Under the pieces are notes generated by a model that saw nothing but the letters and a program-made list of their open reading frames with translations, did not search any database and had not been told where the DNA came from. DNA of 64,000 bases from an uncultured cyanobacterium (GTDB taxonomy: Bacteria > Cyanobacteriota > Cyanobacteriia > Cyanobacteriales > Nostocaceae): the NCBI GenBank assembly GCA_963740315.1, contig CAVUDP010000001.1, forward strand, positions 1,120,001 through 1,184,000, given 5' to 3'. The position numbers and the translations under genes are program-made. This document shows positions 1 to 9,450 of the stretch, in pieces (the stretch's first letter is position 1; each line of letters starts with the position of its first letter).

Positions 1-458
1 GTAGTAATATCGGGCTTTTCACCATCTGAACGGAATATCCCCGAAGTTTCACCTCTTTGCAGTGCTTCTACAAACAGGGGTAAAGTTATTTCTCCTTCAT
101 CTAAAACCAGAAAATCTACCCCAGCTTCTTGGGCTTCTTGCGGTACGGAAGTTACGTAAGGACCTCCTACCGCGACTAGTTTATTACGCCGTTTTGCTTC
201 ACGAATTAAGTGCAGCATATCTGGTTTCTGGACAATCATTCCGGAAACAATAACTAATTCTGCCCATTCCCAATCAGCTTCGGTTTCGGGGCGGATATTG
301 CGATCGACTAGTCGGAATTCCCAATCTTGAGGTAAGATAGCCGCTACCGTAATTATCCCCAAAGGAGGGACAGTTACTTTGCGTCCAATTAGTTCTATCG
401 TTTTGTCAAAAGACCAAAAAGATTTCGGGAACTGAGGATATAGCAGTAAAACTCGCAT
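1..458 (-). CDS. B12-binding radical SAM protein (HpnP/DUF4070-like putative methyltransferase), N-terminal part, runs off the window
   Basis: Absent from the ORF track. Manual translation from the ATG at 458 gives MRVLLLYPQFPKSFWSFDKTIELIGRKVTVPPLGIITVAAILPQDWEFRLVDRN...VIVSGMIVQK...VAVGGPYVTS...LVLDEGEITLP, open to the window edge. This is the typical cobalamin-binding N-terminus of this family. Confidence 0.85.
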   Translation of the reverse strand, partial: MRVLLLYPQFPKSFWSFDKTIELIGRKVTVPPLGIITVAAILPQDWEFRLVDRNIRPETEADWEWAELVIVSGMIVQKPDMLHLIREAKRRNKLVAVGGPYVTSVPQEAQEAGVDFLVLDEGEITLPLFVEALQRGETSGIFRSDGEKPDIT

Positions 459-1646
459 TTTTATAGCTCTTTTGGTAAATATTGCTGAAGTTATTTTGTC
501 AGATTGAAATCCGGGAATTGAAGATTTTACGATATGTATTTTTACTTTTTTACTATTGTAATTGCTGATACACTAGTTTTTACTATTGCGGCACAAACCA
601 TAACAAAATTATGTTTATTCGGTCAACAAAATCTCTATGTATGATTCTTTCTATTTCTTAAGTTCATCGATCGATTGTTAATTCTTGGATTTTAAAATTA
701 CTACACTTTAACTGGCTGTGTAATTAGCAATAAGGCTACTTATAGGTAATGATAATTAAAAAAAATTATACCGGAGCTACAAAAAAGAATATTATTTTCA
801 ACTTTTCTGAATTTTCCGGCGTTGTAATATTATTGATGCAATTTTTTATGTAATATTTCTTGATTAATATCGCAAGTATTAACTACTCAACTTAATTTTT
901 ATTAATCCCAACAAGCTCTAAGATCGCTAATTTAATTTATTCTCACCCTACTGTCTACTGCCTAGATTTTGTAAACATAAAAGCGGAATAGGAGTAATAT
1001 ATCGCAATTTCTACAATATTGAAGACTATTTTCCCTACAATCCTAATTTGAGTCAAACTTTAAGGGCATTCGCCGGTATGTATTTTCCTCGATCGATTCA
1101 AATTTTATTGTATACAATACCCTCGCATATAGATTTGTGGATTTTAGATTGCAAATGTTTTGTGAGACAAAAGCCAAATAAATACATATTATGGATTTAC
1201 TTTTTGCCAGTTTTACATTTTTCTACCTACTACTGAGTTTGTATATTTAATATACAAGTATAAGATTTGTATACAAAAACATGAGAAAAAACCAAAAAAT
1301 ATGTTGTTATATTTTCAGTAACTATATGTAAGATACTAAGTATATATGTTACATAAAACACTTAAGAATTCAATATACAAGAATATAAAAGTGTCATAAG
1401 GCACTCGACATTTCCGGAAAATCGGATAAAACTATGGAATTAAAGTGACAATTGGACAATTGAAAATTAAAATGCCTAAAATGATGACTTTTCAAAGTTA
1501 TTTAATTTGTTTTGCCTTAAGTTCTTGCTTAATTACTGAGAACTTTGTAAATTTCTAATAAGATTGTCGGCAAGTCTTATAGGATGATACGCTAACTTTC
1601 TGTCGTAATTGCTCATATAGTTAATTACTTATAAGGGAGTAACGCA

Positions 1647-2771
1647 ATGCAAATAACTCCAATTTTGAAAAGTCAAATCGTTCAGAATCAGGTGCGCGAA
1701 GTCGGGATAAATCCAAATTATTGGTATCCCGTAGCTTGGGCAGATGGACTAAAAGCAGGTGATGTAATGCCCGTAATGATTTGGAATTTGGCGATCGCGC
1801 TTTACCGTTCGCAAGATGGTCAAGTTTATGCGATCGAAGATGCTTGCCCACACAAAGGTATTCCTTTACACAAAGGCAAGGTCGCTGGAGATAATCTTAC
1901 CTGTCCTTATCACGGTTGGGAGTTTAATGGTGATGGAGAGTGTACGAGCATTCCCTATTTTCCCAAAGACCAAAAATTGCCTTGTGCAAAAGCACGTAGT
2001 TACCCGGTGCGGGAAAATTATAATCTTATCTGGATTTACCCAGGAGCGGTTGAAGATTTAGAAAATGCAGAATTTCCTTCAGTTCCGGAGTATGACGATC
2101 CAAACTGGCTGGCGATTCCGATACCGGGGGAGTTTAAAGCGCACTTTTCCATCTGTAACGAAAATACAATGGACGTGTTTCACGGCTATTTACATGAAAA
2201 CTTGCAGGGCTGGTTCGATCCAGAATTGATTAGTTTGAAAGCCTCCGAAGCATCTGTTAAAGCTCAATATAGGGTGTCTTACCAAGGCTTACTGACCAAG
2301 CTTTTCGGATTTAGCGAACAAGGGAACGAAGTTACAACTCGTACTGTCACAATTAAATATAACTATCCTCATTACCAAAGTTCTTTAGAGGGAGTTTCTT
2401 CCATCTATTTAATGCGTCAACCAGTAGGGGCACAATTAACAAAATCTTTTTCGTTGCTATTTATCAAAATTCGTCTTCCCCAATGGATTGTTAAACCATT
2501 GCAAAAACCGATAACAAAAATCATTTGGCGGTTCGTCTTAAAAAGTTTTCTTGACCAAGACACCGAGATGATTGAAAGCGAACAACGTACCTATCTAGCT
2601 AACCCCCAAAGACGTTATGTAGAAGTTAATCCAGCAATAATCGCCCTACAACGGGTAATTGTGGGTCAATATGAAAAATTTATGCAACAATCTAAAAAAC
2701 AATCGAATGGCAATAATGAGAACTACGCATCTTCAGCTACGGTCGTCAAGTCAAATTTAACTTCTACTTAG
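1647..2771 (+). CDS. Rieske [2Fe-2S] non-heme iron oxygenase, alpha subunit
   Basis: Rieske motif CPHKG...CPYHGW; mononuclear Fe motif ENTMDVFHGYLH; C-terminal QD; RBS GGGAG upstream. Confidence 0.9.
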   Translation: MQITPILKSQIVQNQVREVGINPNYWYPVAWADGLKAGDVMPVMIWNLAIALYRSQDGQVYAIEDACPHKGIPLHKGKVAGDNLTCPYHGWEFNGDGECTSIPYFPKDQKLPCAKARSYPVRENYNLIWIYPGAVEDLENAEFPSVPEYDDPNWLAIPIPGEFKAHFSICNENTMDVFHGYLHENLQGWFDPELISLKASEASVKAQYRVSYQGLLTKLFGFSEQGNEVTTRTVTIKYNYPHYQSSLEGVSSIYLMRQPVGAQLTKSFSLLFIKIRLPQWIVKPLQKPITKIIWRFVLKSFLDQDTEMIESEQRTYLANPQRRYVEVNPAIIALQRVIVGQYEKFMQQSKKQSNGNNENYASSATVVKSNLTST

Positions 2772-2881
2772 AGAATGGCTGACTATCTGATATAACAGAT
2801 TGGTAAATCCAACAAAGAAAATTTTCAACCGCAAACATATATTAAAAGCCCATAGGCAAATATTAGGTAAGAGGAGTTATT

Positions 2882-4168
2882 GTGGAAGTTGTAGAAGAGT
2901 ATATGCAGGGACTCTATCAAAGTGGTCTCTACCCAGATAAATTCATTTGTCATCAAAAACAGGGAAATTTCGTTGAAGTTGAAGATCCTACCAATGGTAA
3001 GCGATACAAACTTTTGACATTTTGCACTAATGATGTTTTAGGATTAGTTCAGTCAGAAAAAGTCAAGCAAGCCGCGATTGATGCAATTTTGCAATACGGA
3101 ACTTCTAATAGTTCTTGTTCGGTATTAAGCGGCAGAATTGATTTGCATCGTCAATTGGAACAAGAAATTTCGGCTTTAAAACATTTACCGCATACTCATC
3201 TATTTCTAAATGCTTGGATGGCAATGCAAGCATTAATAGATGGTTTTTGCCACTTAGCGATTAATCTTCCTGGCTTTCGGAACACCAGAGAAACCTTAAT
3301 ATTGACTGATGTTCTCAATCACGGCTGCATACTTTCCGCCGTAACCAATGCCAGCAATCGTTCCGGGAAGATGTTTAGTCACAGTCCCGCCGTCCGCGTC
3401 AAAGCGTACCGTCACTGTGATGTAAATGATTTAGCGCGGAAATTGCGACGTTATGCCCAGCCCAACGATCGCATCCTGGTGGTTTCCGATGCAGTTTTCT
3501 CGATGGATGGCGATATTGCTCCATTACCAGAGATGCTCGACGTTTTAGAGAACTATCCCGGTAGCGTCATCGTGATGGATGAAGCTCACGCCAGCGGCGC
3601 AATTGGTGGCAAAGGCGGGGGTATATACGACCACTTCGGAATTACACCCCAGCAAGTACTCGATCGGGGAATGGTGCCATTGATTATGACCACCTTCTCT
3701 AAATTTGCAGCTTCCGCAGGTGCAGCAATCAGTTCTCATATGCCAGAAATGATTGACTTGTTGGACGTTTCACCAACTTCCATCGGTACAATTTCTCTTC
3801 CGCCTCCGACAACAGCAGCAGCATTAGAAAGTATTCGTCAGGTAAGACAAAATCCTGAATTAGTCGAAACTCTCCAAGCTAATACACGTTACTTGCGATC
3901 GCGTTTAGTCGAACATGATTTTGCTGCGATCGGCGAAACTAACGTTATACCCGTACTAATGCCACCGGAACTAAATCCCAAGCAATTCACCCGTCATTTG
4001 ATGGAACACCACGGTATTTGGGTATCTGCGATTTGGTTTATTGCGAAACCTCGCTTAAGAATTACCGCAAACGCGCTTCATACTAAAGAAGAAATGGATA
4101 ATTTGGTTGAAGCAATGGTACAAACGCGAGAGCTTTTATATAAGCCAGCGACTGTCGCTACTGCTTAA
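2882..4168 (+). CDS. PLP-dependent alpha-oxoamine synthase (serine palmitoyltransferase/AONS family)
   Basis: LNHGCI, YRHCD, VFSMDGD, MDEAH and TTFSK (PLP lysine) motifs; RLRIT near the C-terminus; GAGGAG RBS before GTG. Confidence 0.88.
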   Translation: MEVVEEYMQGLYQSGLYPDKFICHQKQGNFVEVEDPTNGKRYKLLTFCTNDVLGLVQSEKVKQAAIDAILQYGTSNSSCSVLSGRIDLHRQLEQEISALKHLPHTHLFLNAWMAMQALIDGFCHLAINLPGFRNTRETLILTDVLNHGCILSAVTNASNRSGKMFSHSPAVRVKAYRHCDVNDLARKLRRYAQPNDRILVVSDAVFSMDGDIAPLPEMLDVLENYPGSVIVMDEAHASGAIGGKGGGIYDHFGITPQQVLDRGMVPLIMTTFSKFAASAGAAISSHMPEMIDLLDVSPTSIGTISLPPPTTAAALESIRQVRQNPELVETLQANTRYLRSRLVEHDFAAIGETNVIPVLMPPELNPKQFTRHLMEHHGIWVSAIWFIAKPRLRITANALHTKEEMDNLVEAMVQTRELLYKPATVATA

Positions 4169-4211
4169 AGAATATCTGAAAGGATGCTCGCAGGAATTTT
4201 TGGAATATAAT

Positions 4212-4243
4212 AAACCCGGTTTTGTTTAAACAAAACCGGGTTT
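4212..4243. repeat. Palindromic element AAACCCGGTTTT-N-AAAACCGGGTTT (possible terminator/SDR); second copy at about 8021-8051
   Basis: Inverted repeat just after a stop codon; near-identical hairpin between convergent genes at 8021-8051. Confidence 0.6.
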
Positions 4244-4516
4244 CTGTATAACTGATTTTCTGTCTTTACCAAAAAACAACTAAAAATAAATAAAGGTTCG
4301 TAGTAAGGGCTTTAGCCCTTCAAATCTTTGATAAAGTTACATTTAATTTATCGTTACTTCCAATTTACGTGTATTTAATTGGGCTTACTCATTCGTAACT
4401 CTAAAAAATAAGGACGGAAGTCGGCAAGTGAAACAAATCATTAAAATAACCTAATCAAAATATCATAATCAAAAATAATACTGTAACTTTTTGACATTAA
4501 ACCTAAAACTTGACTA

Positions 4517-5668
4517 GTGAATATGGTTACTCAAGTCCAAAATTTTCAGGTAATGCCTGTAACAACAGATGCACAAAGGGAAATGTTCCTCGATGTGCCT
4601 TTTAAAATATATAAAAATTATCCCAATTGGGTTCCACCAATTCGCAGCAGCATTGCCAAACAATTAACACCACAAAATAATCCTTTTCTAGAATATGGAG
4701 AATTTCAACAATTTATCGCTGTTTCTCAAAATAACGGCGAACCTTTAGGGCGAATTGTCGCGGTTGTGAATCGGCGCTTAATTGAAAGTGAAGGCAAGAA
4801 TGTTGGGATTTTTGGTTATTTTGAATGCATAGAAGACTTTGACGTTGCTAACGGTTTATTAGAAACTGCTTCTCAATGGTTGCGGGATAAAGGCATGACT
4901 GTTGTTAGAGGACCAATTAATTTATCTACTCATAATAGTTGCTTATTTTTGGTAGATAGTTTTGATCAGCCGCCCATGATGATGACACCTTATAATCCGC
5001 CTTACTATCCTGAATTTATGGTTCATGCTGGTTATTACAAAGGAAATGATGCTTATGCTTATGATTTTCCTTTGGATCTAATTTTAGACCCCAAATTTGA
5101 AAAAGGCTATCGAATAGCTTGTAAATCAGGAATTACTTTTCGCCCTCTCCGCACAAAAGGCGAAGGTTTTGAACAAGATTGTCGCAGCCTCTACCAATTG
5201 TTTACTGAAACCTTTGTTAATAACTATAGTTCTACTACTCGTACCGAAGAAGAATTTATGGACGAGGCAAAGGAATTACAATCATTAGTAGATCCCGATG
5301 TATTCCCCGTTGCTGAAGATAACGGTAAAATGGTGGGTTTTTGGATGGGTTTACCCGACTATAATATTGCTCTGAAACAGGTTAATGGAAAATTAAATTG
5401 GTTGGGAATTCTCAAATTTCTTTGGTATCGTCGCCAAATCGACCAAGGAAGAGTACTTGTTATTTGTAGCCTGCCGGAATATCGTCGTAAAATGGTACCT
5501 CTAGGCTTAATTTATTTGGGAATGAAGGGGGGAATTAAAAAAGGTAAACCTTATAAAAGGGCAGAACTTTCCTTTGTGTGGGAAGATAATTCACCCTCCC
5601 GAAAATTAGTTGAAGCAGCAGGCGGCAAAATTTACAAGACTTACCGAATTTACGAGAAAGCGTTATGA
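4517..5668 (+). CDS. Double-GNAT N-acyltransferase, bacterial ceramide synthase (bCerS/YghO)-like
   Basis: F-x-x-x-P-x-x-IY-x-x-x-PNWVPP N-terminus; GRI; FGYFEC; GP-x-N-x-S-T; PYNPPYY; LPDYN; PEYRRK; ELSFVWEDN; YKTYRIY C-terminus. Confidence 0.8.
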   Translation: MNMVTQVQNFQVMPVTTDAQREMFLDVPFKIYKNYPNWVPPIRSSIAKQLTPQNNPFLEYGEFQQFIAVSQNNGEPLGRIVAVVNRRLIESEGKNVGIFGYFECIEDFDVANGLLETASQWLRDKGMTVVRGPINLSTHNSCLFLVDSFDQPPMMMTPYNPPYYPEFMVHAGYYKGNDAYAYDFPLDLILDPKFEKGYRIACKSGITFRPLRTKGEGFEQDCRSLYQLFTETFVNNYSSTTRTEEEFMDEAKELQSLVDPDVFPVAEDNGKMVGFWMGLPDYNIALKQVNGKLNWLGILKFLWYRRQIDQGRVLVICSLPEYRRKMVPLGLIYLGMKGGIKKGKPYKRAELSFVWEDNSPSRKLVEAAGGKIYKTYRIYEKAL

Positions 5669-6642
5669 AAGCCTTAGTTACAGGTGCCAATGGTTTTACG
5701 GGTTCGCACTTAGTAAAAGCGCTACAGCAGCGCGGCGATTCGGTTGTTGGGTTGGTGCGAGAATCCAGCGATTTAACAAGATTAGAAAATACAGGAATAC
5801 ATTTAGTTAAAGGGGATATTACCGATCGCAATGCCTTACGTCAAGCTATGCAGGATGTTGACAAGGTGTTCCATACGGCAGCTTTTGTGGAATTGGGTTT
5901 AGTTGATGCCGAAAAAATGGAACGGGTAAACGTCGAAGGAACCCAAGCCGTTTTAGAAGTTGCCAAAGAAATGGAAATTTCTAAAATGGTTTATTGCAGC
6001 ACCATCGGCATTTATGGCGATACTAAAGGCGAAGTAATCGATGAAACTTTTGAAAGGACTCAAGAAAACTTCTCTTCTGCTTACGACAGTACCAAATACG
6101 AAGCCCAGCAATTAGTAGACAACTATGCCGTAATTGGTTTTCCCGTAGTTAGCGTCATGCCATCCGGTATATTCGGTGCAGACGATCCCCATTTTGGTCC
6201 GGTATTTAAACTATTTTTGCAAGGAAAATTAAAACTGTGGGCAGGTGGCGATCGCATGACTGGCATAGTTCATGTGGATGACTTGGTGAATGCGATGATA
6301 TTGGCAGCAGAAAAAGGCGATCGAGGAGAACATTATATAATTTCTGCTGGCGAAATACCTTCCCGCGAAATGTTTGAAATCATCAGCGAACAAACGGGTA
6401 TTTCCACACCAACGGAAGTTCCGCAACCGATAGTCAGACTTGCAGGTAATATTCTTAACCCCATAGGCAGCTTATTATCCTGGAATCCACCCATTGGTAA
6501 AGAGCGGGTACATTATTTATACGATCGCTGCGTGCGAGTTGATGCCAGAAAAGCACGCGAACAATTAGGTTGGCAACCGCGATCGGTATCTCAAACACTA
6601 CAAGAAATTGCTACACAGTTGCAGTCCCAAGTTGAACAATGA
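5665..6642 (+). CDS. NAD(P)-dependent epimerase/dehydratase (extended SDR), candidate 3-keto reductase
   Basis: TGANGFTG Rossmann motif, YDSTK catalytic motif, HVDD; ATGA overlap with the upstream gene. Confidence 0.9.
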   Translation: MKALVTGANGFTGSHLVKALQQRGDSVVGLVRESSDLTRLENTGIHLVKGDITDRNALRQAMQDVDKVFHTAAFVELGLVDAEKMERVNVEGTQAVLEVAKEMEISKMVYCSTIGIYGDTKGEVIDETFERTQENFSSAYDSTKYEAQQLVDNYAVIGFPVVSVMPSGIFGADDPHFGPVFKLFLQGKLKLWAGGDRMTGIVHVDDLVNAMILAAEKGDRGEHYIISAGEIPSREMFEIISEQTGISTPTEVPQPIVRLAGNILNPIGSLLSWNPPIGKERVHYLYDRCVRVDARKAREQLGWQPRSVSQTLQEIATQLQSQVEQ

Positions 6643-6799
6643 TTAAAAATATCTAGTAACTGCTAACTGCTAACTGTTTGAAATGCAACTTCTCGAAGTA
6701 ATCTAACGTCTCGACAAAGTAAAGTAATGCTCTACTCAGCTATCATTCTGAGAAATTGTTACGATAAATTACCAGACAAACATTCCGACAAAATCTTAT

Positions 6800-7309
6800 A
6801 TGAATTCCGTGTTATTGAGTGCTTCAAAAATAATAATTTCTTTCCTCATCGCCTTCGTATTAGCAAGTTTAGTAGAATATTGGCTGCATCGTTTGATGCA
6901 CGTTAACCGCAAGATTGGCGAACGTCATCGCGATCATCATCGCCGCAACGAAGGACAAGGGGTAATTTGGGAATTCCGCGATTACGTAGTTGGTAGCGCT
7001 GTAGTAACGCCATTAATGTTTCTCTATTCCTGGGATGCTGGATTGGGATGGTTGCTTGGAAGTTTGAGCTATGCGGCTTTTTCAGCATACGCCCATCAAT
7101 TGCAGCATGAAAATCCGACAAAATGCTTCTGGATGAAAATGCCGGTACATTACGTACATCACAAATACGGGATGTGGGAGCATAACTTTGGTTTGGCAGT
7201 AGATTGGTGGGATCGCGCTTTCGGTACCTACAAACCCGTTGAAGAATGGGTAGGTGAAAAAGAAATAGCTTTATCCCAACGCGGTTATCTACAGTTGAAG
7301 TGGTGGTAG
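6800..7309 (+). CDS. Fatty acid hydroxylase/sterol desaturase family membrane di-iron enzyme
   Basis: His boxes EYWLHRLMH, HRDHH, HQLQH, HYVHH and NFG...WWDRAFGT; hydrophobic segments. Confidence 0.88.
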   Translation: MNSVLLSASKIIISFLIAFVLASLVEYWLHRLMHVNRKIGERHRDHHRRNEGQGVIWEFRDYVVGSAVVTPLMFLYSWDAGLGWLLGSLSYAAFSAYAHQLQHENPTKCFWMKMPVHYVHHKYGMWEHNFGLAVDWWDRAFGTYKPVEEWVGEKEIALSQRGYLQLKWW

Positions 7310-7594
7310 AGCATATAAAATCTATCTTTCGTGCAACCAAACTATTACTTTTGTTAGAAGGACGATCGACCAATTTATAGGTAATCTTGATTTGTATTCA
7401 GAACAACTAATTGGTTTGGAATAGGTTGGATTTCAATACTACCCGGTTAAGCCGAAGTTTAGAAGGGTGCTTTTATCGAGCAGTATTGGGTTGGATCTGA
7501 TTAATTTTCCGATCGTAAATCTGTACTTAAAGCAAGCCTTTAGATGTGCTGAAACTGTGAAAAGTATTGGAAATAAACTAAGGGAGTTTTTTTG

Positions 7595-7963
7595 ATGAGA
7601 AATATAGTTAAAAGTGCTTTTGCTAGCATCAGTTCTGGATTTAAACAGCTTCAAGTTAAGCGTTTTGTCGCTGTTGTCTTAGTTGGTTTCTTACTGTTAA
7701 GTACAAACGTTGCTCGATTAGATCGTAGCGAAGCTTTAACTAATAAAGTTGACAATCTAGTAAATCAGAACGATTCTGACAGACCCAAAACAGTAGGAGA
7801 ATGGAATAAAGAAGCTCGTCAAACAGAAGATGCTCCTCTTGAAAGAGCTAAGAGAATTGGCAAAGAATCCGCAGAAGCAGTAAAAGACTTTGGTCAAATG
7901 TACGGAGATACCGCTGAAAGAAGTACTCCCGATTTGGATGACAATATGAGTATGAGAAAGTAA
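7595..7963 (+). CDS. Hypothetical exported/membrane-anchored cyanobacterial protein
   Basis: AGGGAG RBS; N-terminal hydrophobic helix followed by a charged helical tail; ATG 7595 preferred over TTG 7592. Confidence 0.65.
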   Translation: MRNIVKSAFASISSGFKQLQVKRFVAVVLVGFLLLSTNVARLDRSEALTNKVDNLVNQNDSDRPKTVGEWNKEARQTEDAPLERAKRIGKESAEAVKDFGQMYGDTAERSTPDLDDNMSMRK

Positions 7964-8078
7964 TCGGCTTTAACCTTAAGTCGATAGTTTGAGATCGCAT
8001 TCTTAAATATTAATGAATTAGAAACCCGGTTTTATCAAAAAGCCGGGTTTCTTAACATAGATGTATTTTCTATTATTG

Positions 8079-8264
8079 TTAAGATTGCCGTTGCTGTCGC
8101 TGACTTTGAAGAATTTCCGGTAATTCTTCTATTATCAAGGGTTTACCTTGTTCTTTAATTCTGTCCGATAAAGCATAAAATGCCTCGTTATCTTCCCGGT
8201 GTTCTAAAACATAGGCTCTTAATTCTTGTGTGGACATTGCTTTAAAATCTGGCTTATTAATCAT
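8079..8264 (-). CDS. Small DUF6887-like protein
   Basis: KPDFKAMSTQELRAYVLEHREDNEAFY motif; coupled by ATGA overlap to the upstream small ORF. Confidence 0.7.
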   Translation of the reverse strand: MINKPDFKAMSTQELRAYVLEHREDNEAFYALSDRIKEQGKPLIIEELPEILQSQRQQRQS

Positions 8265-8440
8265 AAGTATTCGGCTTTACCTTCTCGACTGATTGCTATT
8301 TCAAATTCATTCCCAGCCAATACAATGATGTCTCCCGTTCTTTCGTCTACTCTAACTAAGTTGATGGGAAGATACATATTAGTTAATTGATAACACAATC
8401 TGAATAAAGTATCTTTCTGTTCTGCGGTTGCATCCTGCAT
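8261..8440 (-). CDS. Small DUF6888-like protein (59 aa, below the ORF-track cutoff)
   Basis: Manual translation MQDATAEQKDTLFRLCYQLTNMYLPINLVRVDERTGDIIVLAGNEFEIAISREGKAEYL*; its stop overlaps the next start (ATGA at 8264-8261). Confidence 0.7.
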   Translation of the reverse strand: MQDATAEQKDTLFRLCYQLTNMYLPINLVRVDERTGDIIVLAGNEFEIAISREGKAEYL

Positions 8441-8451
8441 ACCTTAATTAT

Positions 8452-9390
8452 CTACTTTTCCAAAATAAAATCGGCAATTGGCTTATCTTTCTCCAAAGGT
8501 GTAATATCGGGAACGCTTAATAAAACCGATCGCTGAATGAATTTATTTTCATTCCAATCTTGAATTCGCCTTTCTACCCGACTCGGAATACCGTAGCCGT
8601 ATACAATATGTCCTTGCCCAGCTAAAACAACCACTTGATAATCGGGGTTAGCTTTAACAAATTTGGCGATACCATCCGCCATCGTTTCATCCCACAATAC
8701 CTGTGCCAGAAAAAAATTATTTGCACTATTACTATTTCCATGTCCCCCGCTTTGGTGTTGTTGAAAAGCTTTTAACACCATTTGACGATATGCTATGTTG
8801 TCTAAACTAATTTCTGTTATCGGCGGAATCAATTGTCTTTCTGAACTTGTGAGCTTTTCTATCCCTTCTCGCGCAACTTTACGGGTAATTTCACTCGGAG
8901 TATTTAAAGCTAAAACTGGTATTTTATTTTCTTTGGCAAAGCGTAAAATAGGGGCGTAAAGTTCCCAATCAAAACCCCAACGAGTTTCATATTCGCTTTT
9001 TTTTATTAATTCTGCTTCAGTAATGTTTCCTGCAATATATTGGTTGATAACTTCTTGAAAGGGACGTTGAAACATTTCCATCCCGATCGCAATTTTTGAA
9101 TTGTTTTTATATAACTCTTGAATAACTTTTAACTGATTTTGATGATCTTGGGAACTATCGTGAGTTTCTCCAAGATATACCACTTTGGCTTTTTTTAGTT
9201 CCGGTAATATTTGATTTAAATTATCAACGCATTGGCTGTTAAAGAATTTTTGGGAGCAGGATATATCTGTAGGTTCGGCAGCACAACTTGGTAAAGTGTT
9301 GATGAGAAATATTCCTAAAGATAAGACACATAATTTAGTGAAATAAAGCGGAAGACGCTGCATAATTTTAATTAGCTTGAAAATAGTCAC
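8452..9390 (-). CDS. ChaN/PhuW family putative heme/iron-uptake exported protein
   Basis: VVYLGETHD, IGMEMF, Q-x-LWDETMA and VVLAGQGH...YG-x-GIP motifs; N-terminal signal-like segment. Confidence 0.85.
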   Translation of the reverse strand: MTIFKLIKIMQRLPLYFTKLCVLSLGIFLINTLPSCAAEPTDISCSQKFFNSQCVDNLNQILPELKKAKVVYLGETHDSSQDHQNQLKVIQELYKNNSKIAIGMEMFQRPFQEVINQYIAGNITEAELIKKSEYETRWGFDWELYAPILRFAKENKIPVLALNTPSEITRKVAREGIEKLTSSERQLIPPITEISLDNIAYRQMVLKAFQQHQSGGHGNSNSANNFFLAQVLWDETMADGIAKFVKANPDYQVVVLAGQGHIVYGYGIPSRVERRIQDWNENKFIQRSVLLSVPDITPLEKDKPIADFILEK

Positions 9391-9450
9391 GAGTTACGTT
9401 AGCCAAGCGTGTCCGGAGGAGATATTAGGAATTATATTCACCAATTATGT

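Noticed and set aside
62..253. Plus-strand 63-aa ORF
   Set aside because: Antisense shadow of the radical-SAM gene on the minus strand.
1048..1236. 62-aa ORF in the long spacer
   Set aside because: TTG start, no RBS, no recognisable motif, AT-rich intergenic composition.
2882..4168. Calling this gene bioF
   Set aside because: No bio genes are adjacent, several motifs diverge and the neighbours point to lipid synthesis. bioF cannot be fully excluded without phylogeny, so no symbol was assigned.
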